DNA of 64,000 nucleotides from Alloascoidea hylecoeti (lineage: Eukaryota): positions 372,001 through 436,000 of the forward strand of contig BCKZ01000002.1 in NCBI GenBank assembly GCA_001600815.1, given 5' to 3'. Under the pieces are notes generated by a model. It searched no databases and had not been told where the DNA came from. It saw only the letters and a list, made by a program, of their open reading frames with translations. Positions 1-10,976 of this stretch are shown here, piece by piece (the stretch's first letter is position 1; every line of letters begins with the position of its first letter). Position numbers and translations under genes: made by a program.

Positions 1-116
1 AATTAATTAATGTAGTTTCATGTTGCACTATACTACAATGTTATGTTGCACCCAATCGAATCGGGTAAAACGAAGAACACCGCTCAGGTGCATCCCGTTG
101 AGATGATTCAAATACA

Positions 117-267
117 ATCATTTTACTTAATTTCGGCCATTCTGGCACATTAATCATCTATCATTCCCATAATTCTGCATTATTAATATGCAGGGATATG
201 GGGCAACTTCGGGCGCAGACACAGCCAAAAATTAGTTATGGAAATGGCCTAAATTAAGTAAAACGAT
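117..267. mobile_element. MITE-like element, copy 1 (25-bp terminal inverted repeats, 2 mismatches)
   Basis: 117-141 ATCATTTTACTTAATTTCGGCCATT pairs with 243-267. The same IR core occurs at 54276-54424. No coding capacity and no clear target-site duplication. Confidence 0.55.
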
Positions 268-506
268 ATGCAGGTATACCTTAACTTATAATTAAGCTTT
301 TAGACACATCAGTACCATGACAAGGAACGGAGAAACTAATTATGTACTTACTAATTTAAATCATTATAAATATACTTTGAGCTGTAAATAGATATGTGTT
401 TTTGGAACGTAGGCCCTATATAGGCCATAGCTCTATCCAAAAAATAAATATAGGAATGTGAATAGCTAACAAACATGATGGATATAGACTTTAGTAGATG
501 CTGCGC

Positions 507-1586
507 TTATGACTCTTGTTCGTCTAAAGTCTTAAACTCCCATTGGGGAGTGTCAGGTTTGAAAGGAACTCCTAATTCCAATAGTTTCGAATAAGCAGTA
601 GAGAAATCATGAAAGAATAAATCAACATCATTTGCATATTTAATAGTCCATTGTTTAAAAGATTTATCTTTAATCATTTCATAATCTGTAGGTAACATCA
701 TTAAGGATTTAGTTTTCACATCTTCATACTGAGCAGGACCATCCCATTTTCTCCATTGCCATTTTTCATCAACCAATAATTTATAGAAATCATTTGTAAA
801 AGTAATAGGAGAGAAAGTCCATGGGCCATCAAATCCAGATCTATCAGTATGACATCTACCTAAAGCATGAGCGCCCATTAAAGCAACTATTTGCTGATCA
901 TTAAAACCCATTCTATAAAAAATATCCCTAATATGTTTAGACCCCTTTGAAGCATCTGGTAGTCTGCCTAAAGGAGGTTGTTTTGTCTCATCTTGATCAA
1001 CACGACCAGCTCTCCACGGAATCTTCGGACCTTGCATTTCTTGGACAGCAGCAACACCACCTAAAGTCCACAAATCACCATAAGATAACCAAGGATTCTT
1101 CTCTTTAATCGGTTCTAAAAAATTTCTAGCGTGATCTAATCCATTATTAGCACCATCATTACCTTCAACCTTAAATCTCATTGTACCACCATACGAGCCA
1201 CCAGTTTTAGTAGCCTTGTCAAAAGTACCAGAGGAGTGCCATGCCAAACGAAGTAAAACAGGAGCATAAGAGCCATCATCGTACTCATCTTCATCAATCA
1301 GTTTCTGAGAAATAGCGTTATAGACCTTTTGATAGTCATCGAAAGTAGCAGTTTCGGCAGTTATAGCAGGAGAAGCAGCCTTAAAAGGAGAAGGTGAGTT
1401 GTTATAATAGTAATAGGCAGCGAACCCACCACCGCCAATTGTAGTAAGAGCAATAAGAGGTTTTAGAATTGAGTTTGATCCAGAAGTAGTATTAGTAGAG
1501 TTAAATCGAATAATACCCATCTTCTGTTTAAACATGGGATATGCTTTAAAAGCAGCCCTATAAAGGCCTTTTGACACAAATGGCAT
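507..1586 (-). CDS. CCP1: Mitochondrial cytochrome c peroxidase
   Basis: Bipartite presequence, distal LRLAWH motif, proximal GAHALG, GPWT (Trp radical site), LMMLPTD. Confidence 0.96.
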   Translation of the reverse strand: MPFVSKGLYRAAFKAYPMFKQKMGIIRFNSTNTTSGSNSILKPLIALTTIGGGGFAAYYYYNNSPSPFKAASPAITAETATFDDYQKVYNAISQKLIDEDEYDDGSYAPVLLRLAWHSSGTFDKATKTGGSYGGTMRFKVEGNDGANNGLDHARNFLEPIKEKNPWLSYGDLWTLGGVAAVQEMQGPKIPWRAGRVDQDETKQPPLGRLPDASKGSKHIRDIFYRMGFNDQQIVALMGAHALGRCHTDRSGFDGPWTFSPITFTNDFYKLLVDEKWQWRKWDGPAQYEDVKTKSLMMLPTDYEMIKDKSFKQWTIKYANDVDLFFHDFSTAYSKLLELGVPFKPDTPQWEFKTLDEQES

Positions 1587-1657
1587 TTGATAGAGGTCAA
1601 TTGAGTAGAAAAAGGGGGTATAAAAGAGGAGAAGGGATTAATTGAGATCTAGGATGA

Positions 1658-1690
1658 GCTGACTCAGCGTCTTTACGAGCCTCCCATTGG
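1658..1690. promoter_or_regulatory. AP-1-type site (GCTGACTCAGC) and CCAAT box in the CCP1/TOM20 divergent promoter
   Basis: TGACTCA at 1660-1666 and ATTGG at 1686-1690, within a ~195-bp divergent intergenic region. Consistent with oxidative-stress bZIP and Hap control of CCP1 (inference). Confidence 0.45.
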
Positions 1691-1780
1691 CCCGTAAACA
1701 CCAGCACTGCACACAAACACCCAAACACTGGGGAAAAAAGAAGACGCAAAAATAAAAAAAATCAGTTGATTCCGATCGCA

Positions 1781-2416
1781 ATGCCTTCCAAAACCTCCAT
1801 CATCACTTCTCTGGTTGCCGTCAGCGCTGGTACGTGTCCTCCCCGGAATTATGGCTCGGGCTGTTGGAACTCCTGCTCTGAAGTCTGATATTTACCGAAT
1901 TTTCCATCCCGATTATATGAAAGAACTTTGAATTTGTGGCTAACCATTATCGATTTAGTATCTTATTTGGTTTATTTCGATTACCAAAGACGTCACAGTG
2001 TAGAATTCCGTCGTCATATTCGCAAAACTGCCCGCAAACATAAGGAGGTACAAGAGCGAAACGCACAAGCTGAAAAAGCGGAATTACTCGCTGATATCAA
2101 AACAACTCTCTTCAAATCTTTGGCCGATGATCCGTTGCCAAGTGGTTTAGATGATCGAGAGCAAGCTTTCATGGCTCAGGTCGGTCAGGGTGAACAATTG
2201 AGTAGTGTTCCAGGCCAAGAAATCAACGCCGCTTTAAGCTTTTATAGAGCTTTGTGTGTCTATCCAAATCCTGCCGATTTATTAGCCATCTATCAAAAGA
2301 CCATCAACGGAAAAATTTATGAGATTGTTATGACTATGATTGCTGTCCTACCTCCACAGCCAGTCGTTGCTGCTGTGAATGAAAATTTGTCATCAAAAGA
2401 GGACACCACAGATTAA
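1781..2416 (+). CDS. TOM20: Mitochondrial outer-membrane import receptor Tom20; exons 1781-1829, 1959-2416
   Basis: Intron GTACGT(1830)...GCTAAC...TTTAG(1958). Splicing gives MPSKTSIITSLVAVSAVSYLVYFDYQRRHSVEFRR, the Tom20 YFDYxRR signature, and later FYRALCVYPNP. Confidence 0.93.
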
Positions 2417-3088
2417 ATTTGAATCATCCTTCGCCCCGTATTGTTAATAAAATCACCATGTTAAAAACACATACAAAAGAGAAAAAGAATAACCAAAAAA
2501 GCAAACAACTTCAATTTTTGAATTACAAAATGGCAAGATGAAGCTCTCCTTAAGAGAAGTACTGAAATATATCTGTATCATAGCATGATTTCTCTTTGAG
2601 TCTAATTCTTACTCTTTTTTCCCTTTAAATTTATTTTCGTATTGATCCTCTATATATATTTTATTTTGTTTATCTTCCTAACTTGGCTTAAGTTTATTCC
2701 AATTATTTTGTATCTTTTATTTGTCTATTTATCTTCCAACTCTCTGTTATGTTATACTCAAAAAATACCATGGTTAACTTAAGGTTTACGTTCATTTTTA
2801 TAACCTTAGATATATAGATAATTATAAAAGAAACGAAGCAATATTAATATCATTTAACTCAAGATTGACATAAGTATATGTATATCATTTCAAAAAGATA
2901 TAAATGGTGCTTTTTGATTTATATTTATTATATTAATAGTAAAAACAATTAGAGCTTGCATTATAATATTTCTTAACTGATCATGAATCGTATGAGAAAA
3001 AATATAGAAAAGGAAAATATCCCAACAGCATATAAATCAAAAATATACCATATAAACACTAATATAATAATTATAACTTATGATTTAT

Positions 3089-3712
3089 CTAGCCAAGTTT
3101 CTCCCTCAATGAATCATATAACCATCTTATTCCTTTATCAATTCCATGCCCCTGTAAAGCACTACTTCCTTGAATAACCCATTTTTGATTACAACAATCC
3201 AAAAGGTCTTTAAATTCTAAATGCAATAGATTAGGTGAAAATGCCTCATTTAGATCTTGTTTATTGGCAAATATTAAGAAAATTGAATCTTGTAATGTTG
3301 GATCATTTAAGAGAATCTTTAATGCTTCTATAACATTTCCTAAATTATCCAAGTCACTACTATCAATCATGAATATAACTGCAGTTGGTGTTGGAACTAA
3401 AGATACCCATTCTGGTCTAACTATAACTGATGATGTTGTTGTATTTACGGGTGTGCCAATATCCCAGAATTTAAAAGTTGCTTCTTCATAATTTACTTCT
3501 TCAATATTACCAATATCAATTTTTGGTATTTCATCAAGCGTTTTATTCTTTTTAATTCTATATAAAAGAGATGTTTTACCTGTTTGTGGTAAGCCAACAA
3601 TTTGCACTGTATATTGTCTCGGACCCAGAATTTCGGTGAAGATATTTAGCATGTTGGGATCTCGTATTTCATTTGTTTCATGGCGGTTAACGGTAAATAA
3701 TGGAGTGGCCAT
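3089..3712 (-). CDS. Divergent Arf/Arl-family small GTPase-like protein
   Basis: P-loop GLPQTGKT, VIFMIDSSD, LIFANKQDL and SSALQGHGI are Arf-like. Switch II reads WDIGTP instead of WDVGGQ. First ATG is at 3712. Confidence 0.8.
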   Translation of the reverse strand: MATPLFTVNRHETNEIRDPNMLNIFTEILGPRQYTVQIVGLPQTGKTSLLYRIKKNKTLDEIPKIDIGNIEEVNYEEATFKFWDIGTPVNTTTSSVIVRPEWVSLVPTPTAVIFMIDSSDLDNLGNVIEALKILLNDPTLQDSIFLIFANKQDLNEAFSPNLLHLEFKDLLDCCNQKWVIQGSSALQGHGIDKGIRWLYDSLREKLG

Positions 3713-4431
3713 TTGATATTTCACTTTCTCTTTATGTGAAAGTTAGTTTATACCAGCGTGGAGAAGAAAAAAGGTATTAGGTGAAAATGCTGAAAAGAGG
3801 GTCTAGTAATATGTGGATGGCTGGCGTATTTTTTCTATTTCCTTATAATTAGGCCATGTAATAATATTAATGTCTGCAAAAGAGCAGGCAGGTTGTCCTA
3901 TCTCACCTAATTTGGAAAATTGTAAACAAACGAACTGCTTAACATGAATACTTCATATACATTTCTTAATCTTCTATTTGTATTTATCTTCAAAATGTTC
4001 TAAGTGCACCTTTTGGTTTTATTCAAACATCTGTAACAACATCATGGGAAGTTTTATCATAATGATCAATATTATATTAGCAGTCGCAGTAGATTTAATA
4101 TAAATATATAATTAAGACCAATTAGATAACTAGATTACTGATTGGACAATTGAAACATGATCATGATTCATGATGATTTATATGATAGAAAAGGTTTCAT
4201 TAAAAGCTTAATTCTAAAGTTAAACATCGTTATAACTTGTTATAAGTTGCCTACATTTAATAATATACATAGCCAACAATTGCAATTATTTTCAATTGGG
4301 CCTAGATATTAAAGGGCCGTTTGGCTTAATTAGATGTTTCCTCGCCAAATATAAGCTTCCAATTATAAGTATATATATGCTATTAAGTAATTCTCTTACT
4401 GGGTAATTTTCATCATGGGAATAGATTGACG

Positions 4432-4439
4432 TTACCCGG
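4432..4439 (+). promoter_or_regulatory. Reb1-type site TTACCCGG upstream of MRPL51
   Basis: Exact motif ~70 bp before the ATG. It recurs at 27336, 56639 and 47614 (reverse strand). Confidence 0.55.
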
Positions 4440-4507
4440 ATGTTAACTTTTTCACAAAACAAAAACAATTCAATATTTCAACAGAGTATCAAAATAATCA
4501 ATATAAA

Positions 4508-5111
4508 ATGCCAATAAAGCCAATATTTCAAAGATCTGTTGCTAGAAATGGTTTGGGTGCTTTTGTTTTGCCTGTAAGTGTCTGATGATTTTATTAATGT
4601 TCAACGACGCAAAATCAAAAAAGAGGGAAGATATGATTTCTAACATCATTTTACCATATTCATAATGATAGTGTAAAAAGATTACTTTAAGATATTGTAA
4701 CTGGGGTGGAAGCTCACAGGGGTTGAGAGATTTTCTTGTTAGCAATTTAAAACAATACGCAAAAGCAAATCCTAAGGTTGAATTTGATATTCTTAATAGA
4801 TCTGGACATCCAGTATTAACTGCCGAGTACAGTATGTATCAAACTTTTTTGGATCTTATCATGGCCGGTCTTGGTCCTTTATAGAACCTATTCTAACCAT
4901 TTACGTGTATGATGTAGCCAATGGACGCGAGAAAGCTATTTGTGTTAGAAATCTAAATAAGGATCAAGTTAAGAACAAACTCGATTTATTACGAGACTCC
5001 AGTGGTGCACAATTGAAGAAATATAAGCAGGCTGTTCAAAGTAAAAATGAAAGTATCAGAGGTATATGGTCACCATTCCATGTGGATCCAAATAACCGTT
5101 TCAAGATTTAA
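4508..5111 (+). CDS. MRPL51: Mitochondrial ribosomal protein mL43 (Mrpl51); exons 4508-4573, 4672-4831, 4918-5111
   Basis: Introns GTAAGT(4574)-TAG(4671) and GTATGT(4832)-TAG(4917). Spliced product [27 protein letters not shown]...[23 protein letters not shown]...IRGIWSPFH. Confidence 0.95.
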
Positions 5112-5699
5112 ATATGATAATAAATTCTGACAAAATAAAGAATGGTTACATGATTTTATGTCTTTAACATGAATGGAGATATTTTGATGATTCAGTTTTA
5201 GTTGTGTATATATATTTCATGGATATATCAAAATATTAAAAAAGAGCAATAAAATAAAACATTTCTTAGTTGACGTTGATGATTTAATGTAATTAGTTTT
5301 TGGTTTATCGTGTATACTTATAGATAGTATAGTGATGCTGTAAAAGCCCATATCAATAAGCTTTATGAAATACCTTAAAAAAAAATCTTTTTCATGACTG
5401 ACTAGCATAATAAGATCAATTGCAGCTATATCATATCACTACTTTATTTTTTAATTGCCCTTACTATAGATTTACTCATACTCATATAAGAGTCAAAAAT
5501 AGGAATGAATAGGAATAATAAAAACATAGTAACAAACAATAAGCATAAGGGAAATGAAAGAAAAATGATTGGTGAAGATGGAAACAATTGTAAAAAGAGC
5601 AAATCAACGAAGTTTCTATTGTCTGATTATCAGGAATATATCGATAGCATATTGGGTATGAACTCGTGACACATGGGTTCTGGTACTGATATCCTATAA

Positions 5700-8048
5700 T
5701 TAAACATCAGACGTTGCTCTAGGCCTAACTACATGACTTCCATTACTTCCAGTGCCTACTTCGAGATCCAAGGAATCATCACCATGTAATTTAACGGGAG
5801 TAACACTTCTAGAAGTTACATATTTAAATTCATCACTTGTTTGTCTTCTCTTTTGCCATTTCTTGAGATTCTCCACAGAAGTACTCCCTGTTTTCATATT
5901 TAAGTCTGCTTCCCTGTTAAATATTTTACTAGGTTGAAAGATAACATAATCTAAAACCATTATAATGAAAACTAAAGGCCAATGTGTCAATTTCATGGTA
6001 TAAATTCTTAATGAACGCTGTTGGTTTTCATCTAAAAATAATCGGAAAAGTCTGACAATAGTCTCATTGAAAATATTGAAGGGGGGAAAGAAGTAACTTA
6101 ATTCTGTGTTGTTAATGGCCATTTCAACAACAATACTACTAAATGTCAACACATAAGTTTTGTTGGCGTTTGCTAAACTTGCACTAAATTTGTTATTCAT
6201 CAATGACACCAGAACAGCAACAAGAAGCAAATTAGATAAAGTAATAAAAATTAGCATCAAAGGAGGTCCTAACCAGGGACTAATACCTTGGTCATAGTTG
6301 AATCCCTCAGAACTAGATCCAAAAAATACGTGCACTAGTAGAGTCGACATTTCCCTCCAATAATATCCATGCTTATACCCTAACATTGTAAAAGAAATTA
6401 AAAAGCCAAGATAGACCACAACAACAAACAGCATAAACTTGAAAAATTCGACACACATTTTGGTTAATCCAGGAAGAAGCCCACCAAAATAAGGGAAAAC
6501 CGTTAAAAATGCAAACGTTCTAGGGATTAATAAAACAGCTTCTAATGCAAGCAAGTCAAATGATTTCCCAGCCCACCACAATCCTTTTCCATCATCATCA
6601 TCAAAATGTAAAAATCCAATTATTCTTGAACATAAACTTCCGAAATATATAACAATAATTGTTAGATCCATTAAGTTGGAAAAATCATCAAAGTAGTAAT
6701 TCAAATTGGCTGCTTCCTTCAACTGTGATATTTCCTCTAAAATAATTCCAAAGAACCAAATATGCATAAATATTTCAACTATATTTATGTTTTTATGAAC
6801 ATGTTCTTTATATGAGTTAAGTGTAATATAATATAGAACTAATAGAATGAAATAATTGAAAGTTATTAAAAAAGTTCTATATCTTGGAATCCTCAACTTA
6901 GCAAACCATCCTACTTTTCTTGAATCATAAACTATTTTTGGCTCTCTAATAGCGTCTGGTGTGATTTTATCCCACATTACAATACGCCCAGACCAAAGAC
7001 CTTGAATAAGTCTTCTAACGGATGGAGCGCACAGAAACCTTGTACAGTTGTTCAGCACAGCAATTTCCAACGCACATAAGTTATCTAATGACTCCAAAGT
7101 ATTGAATATATCAATTTGTGATTGATAATCAAGTACAATCAATACAGTTGGTTGAGAGGATTCACTTTCTTCGGTTATTTTACCCTGTATTTCTTTTTGG
7201 AGGGTTTCGAACTCAGATCTATCATACCGACAATCAAAAGTTGAGCTGACGATTTTGTCATTTTCCGTTAAAGCATTCAAATATTTTATTGAGATAGACT
7301 CCACAGCATAAGCACGAGCTTCATAAACAGCTCTTTCTTCATCCGCATCTTCGGATATATTTTTATGTGCCAAATTAGAAAAGTAAAATTGTAAAGTAAT
7401 TAGTGCTGTTAAGATGCCCGAATGTTGTTGTTGAAATTCAGATGTTTTTAAATTCGAATTTGCTACTGTATCACCTTCGAAAACATCCATGACTGGATTA
7501 GTTAAAGAGATTAACAACGGTTTAATTACGAATCTATAAATGTTCGACTTAACATTTACATCATCTCGAAATCCGATGGATGCATTCCCTTCCAAAACAG
7601 ACGACCCTTCAGATCCACTTCCACCGGCAATAAAGAACTGATCCAAGTCGTGAGGTAAATTCACGTACTTGATAATAGTCTGCTCAATAAGAAACACAAG
7701 TTGAGCAAACGTGAGTGTTTGCGGTAATACTGGAAAGTGTGGTACAGTTTGTTTGCGACGGGAACTTGGTAAAATTGAAGATTTAGTGGGCACCTTGCCT
7801 TTCCCATGACCAGGTGAAGTCAACTGAGAAGGGTCAGCTGCAGATTGATCATTACCAAGCCCATGGTCATGATCAGCTGCAGCGCCTTCCTCCTCCTCGT
7901 CACTGGACACTTCATTGAAGAAAAAAACATCTTGGAGGTTAAAATTTGTCGAAGCATACTGCCGTTGTAAAGATTTCAGTTCTGACTTGACTCGAGCACC
8001 TCGATTACTATCAACATATGAGGATATCGAAAGCCGTGTTCGTACCAT
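5700..8048 (-). CDS. Yvc1/TRPY1-like TRP cation channel
   Basis: ALEIAV...LWSGRIVMW...KLRIPRYR pre-S1 motifs, about six TM segments, pore region VFFGSSSEGF, S6 LMLIFITLSNLLLVAVLVSLM, and FPPFNIF. Confidence 0.8.
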   Translation of the reverse strand: MVRTRLSISSYVDSNRGARVKSELKSLQRQYASTNFNLQDVFFFNEVSSDEEEEGAAADHDHGLGNDQSAADPSQLTSPGHGKGKVPTKSSILPSSRRKQTVPHFPVLPQTLTFAQLVFLIEQTIIKYVNLPHDLDQFFIAGGSGSEGSSVLEGNASIGFRDDVNVKSNIYRFVIKPLLISLTNPVMDVFEGDTVANSNLKTSEFQQQHSGILTALITLQFYFSNLAHKNISEDADEERAVYEARAYAVESISIKYLNALTENDKIVSSTFDCRYDRSEFETLQKEIQGKITEESESSQPTVLIVLDYQSQIDIFNTLESLDNLCALEIAVLNNCTRFLCAPSVRRLIQGLWSGRIVMWDKITPDAIREPKIVYDSRKVGWFAKLRIPRYRTFLITFNYFILLVLYYITLNSYKEHVHKNINIVEIFMHIWFFGIILEEISQLKEAANLNYYFDDFSNLMDLTIIVIYFGSLCSRIIGFLHFDDDDGKGLWWAGKSFDLLALEAVLLIPRTFAFLTVFPYFGGLLPGLTKMCVEFFKFMLFVVVVYLGFLISFTMLGYKHGYYWREMSTLLVHVFFGSSSEGFNYDQGISPWLGPPLMLIFITLSNLLLVAVLVSLMNNKFSASLANANKTYVLTFSSIVVEMAINNTELSYFFPPFNIFNETIVRLFRLFLDENQQRSLRIYTMKLTHWPLVFIIMVLDYVIFQPSKIFNREADLNMKTGSTSVENLKKWQKRRQTSDEFKYVTSRSVTPVKLHGDDSLDLEVGTGSNGSHVVRPRATSDV

Positions 8049-9879
8049 TGATTGATACCAAATAAATAAGCTTAGGACGATGGAGAAGGGAAATGAGCGA
8101 ACGAAATATTAATGGCGTTTGCTTCATCTTTATAGTTCCGTTTTCTACATATTACGCTTTAATTAAGCTTGACACGATAATTCAACTTTAATTATTTATA
8201 AATTGCATATTATATTACTATGGCTGCTTTCTTGCCCCATCACTCAGGGTTTAGAAAGCTTTGTAGGCTCCTATTTATATTTCTTTCCAAAACTCAAGGG
8301 CTGAAATGCCAAACCAATTGCAATACTAGCTGGTTATAGTTCACTTCCAAATGGTGAGATATTTTATAAACCATTACCACTACATTAATAATAATACTAA
8401 TTTAAAATTATAGTTGAAATATTTTACCACTGACATATAAATTGCACCTCCTGCAAAAATGTGTTGAAATTTTTTTTTAAATTGGACAAAGCACACTAAA
8501 TTGTACTAATATGTCTAAATCTCGTTTAATTCCCTAAATAGGTCCTCTTTCAACTATTATAAGATCTTATAGTATTTCTTACCATCATTGCTTTGATAAT
8601 TGGGGGACCTCATAATTATTTAACCTAGCTACACAGTAGCTACATGTAACTTAATCATATAAAGTAGGAAGGCAATATATTTGTGACCCGATCTTAACAT
8701 TGATGATGATTATGAATTAATTAATTAATATTTTTCCTATCTTTTAACTTATAATTATGAATGATACCATATTAATATTCACTATCAGAAGGATCGGGTT
8801 ATTCTACCGTGGTTGTAGACATAACTATGATACTAGCTTACCATAGGCAAGTCCAAAGAATGTATGTATAACTGAAATTGTATTATGAGAATGATATCGA
8901 TGAGTTCGGTTGTCTCAGCATGGGTATATTATGTATTTAAACTTTAGTGTCTGTGAGGATACACCATTTCAATGCTTCTGTTTATTACGTCAATTGCTTG
9001 AGTTAAAATATCATTAGTTTGGAGAACATTAATACGACAATTTCTAATATCTAAACAAGTATTGGAAAAGAATGTATTTGCATAATTGCCAAAACTCAAA
9101 ATTCACCTATTTTACATATGCTCACTTCACTTACTAAATTGTTCACCACAAATGGAGAACCTTACAACACTAAGCAGTGAGCACCCAAATTGAACCAAAA
9201 TCAATTCATCCCTAAATTGTGGAATATAACCAGAGACTGATGTTCGATTTTGAATTTGGCAACTTCGTTATTGAGCTTGAGATTTTCATCTTCCAGCTTT
9301 CCAATTTTATCTTCCCATGCACATATTCATGTTAGGCATAAATGTTTGGGATCTATTTTTATTTCAGCCACTGTATGTTGAATAATTATTGGTCACTTCA
9401 TTTAAAAGGAATAATGCAGTGAATTACAATGTAGAAAGGTCTAACTATCACTTGTTAAACTTGTCGAACTTATTGTGAAATTTTCACCAATCCTCATTAT
9501 TATATGTAGTAGTTTCACTCGAATTATTGACTATTTATAACTATAATGACTTTTAGACGTAGTACGCAGTTTGTACATTTGAATTAACTATAGCTAATAA
9601 AATATATAAAATTTGTACGAAAAACATAATATCAATATATTTAGTACAATTTCAATCCTAAAGTTAATTATAGAGAATATATCTTTGTAATCAAATGTAA
9701 GAAAACAAATTTTAAATGTTTAAAAAGGGAAAGAATATTGAAATAATTGCGCATTAAAATCATATTATAAAAGCCTTATATTACAACTATTTCGAGGTGA
9801 ACAAATTTGAATGACAGTTTAAAAAAATAATTACTGATAAAGGAATGATAAAATGTATATTTTTGAAAAATCCTGATGA

Positions 9880-9933
9880 AATAAATGAATAAATAAATGA
9901 ATAAATAAATGAATAAATAAATAAACGAATAAA
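9880..9933 (+). repeat. (AATAAATGAATA)-type short tandem repeat
   Basis: Visible 12-mer/4-mer tandem array. Confidence 0.8.
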
Positions 9934-10493
9934 TTATGTGAAGTTAAGGGCCCATTGATTATATATTAAGGAACTTCGAATTTGTGGTGAGATGAAAGAA
10001 AAAGTGATCTTTTTAATTTGGATTTCTGATTCCAGATCTAGATAAACAAAAATGATAGAAAAAACAAGTATAGGCCTATATTTAGATACATTTAAAATGA
10101 GATTAAAGCAAAAAAGGAAAAATACCAAAATCAATTAATAAGTATAAATATGGTGAAAAGTGATATATAGTCTCAGGTATGAAATATATGTATTTCATTA
10201 ACCTTTCTAATGAGCACAATGTTGTTAAAAAACAATAGAAAGTTTAAATCAGCCTAATTAGGCAATAGAGAAACAAACTAAAAAAGAACCAACCAAAAAG
10301 AAAAAAACGTTCCAGTAGGGAGAATTGATGCTGACTTAAATCAATTTAATTACTATAATACATTGATAATACATGATATTCATCAATAATGTTTGCTCAT
10401 TCTTGAAATTGGGCTTTATGTCAAATCGTAACAACGAATTAAATAAGAAAGTTTCAAACCATAACTTTATTCGCAGCTGTTTATAGTTTATGT

Positions 10494-10919
10494 TTAAGAG
10501 GTTAAACACATTACTTTCCTTTCACGGTCTAATCTTCTTTCAACGGCATAACGAGCCATTTCAAATACTTCCTGTCTAACTCCTTCGGGTACAGTATCAA
10601 ACATCAAAGCAGCTTCTAAATCCAAGGATTCTTGTATTCCAAGTTCACAAGCAGCGAAATTTAACATGGAATGCTTTTTCACTAGGTGTTTAGATGGTGT
10701 GAGAAATGGAACGTTTGTTTGAGACAAGGCGTGATGATTTGCCGATGAGCCGTTAATTGCGATCGGAATTGGAAAAGTAGCGTGATAGTTTGACGGAAAA
10801 TGTTCATTGGTCACCGCTGGAAAAGTTTGTGATTTGAGTGATGAAATTTGAGGCGTAATTGTTGGTGGTAACTCATTAACAGTTAAAGTTGAATTCCAAT
10901 TTGAGTTAAACCCAAAACT

Positions 10920-10976
<57 letters not shown>

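Noticed and set aside
4320..4336. 17-bp exact match TTTGGCTTAATTAGATG also at 38990-39006, loosely like the MITE arm
   Set aside because: About one AT-rich match of this length is plausible by chance in 64 kb, and no partner arm is visible.
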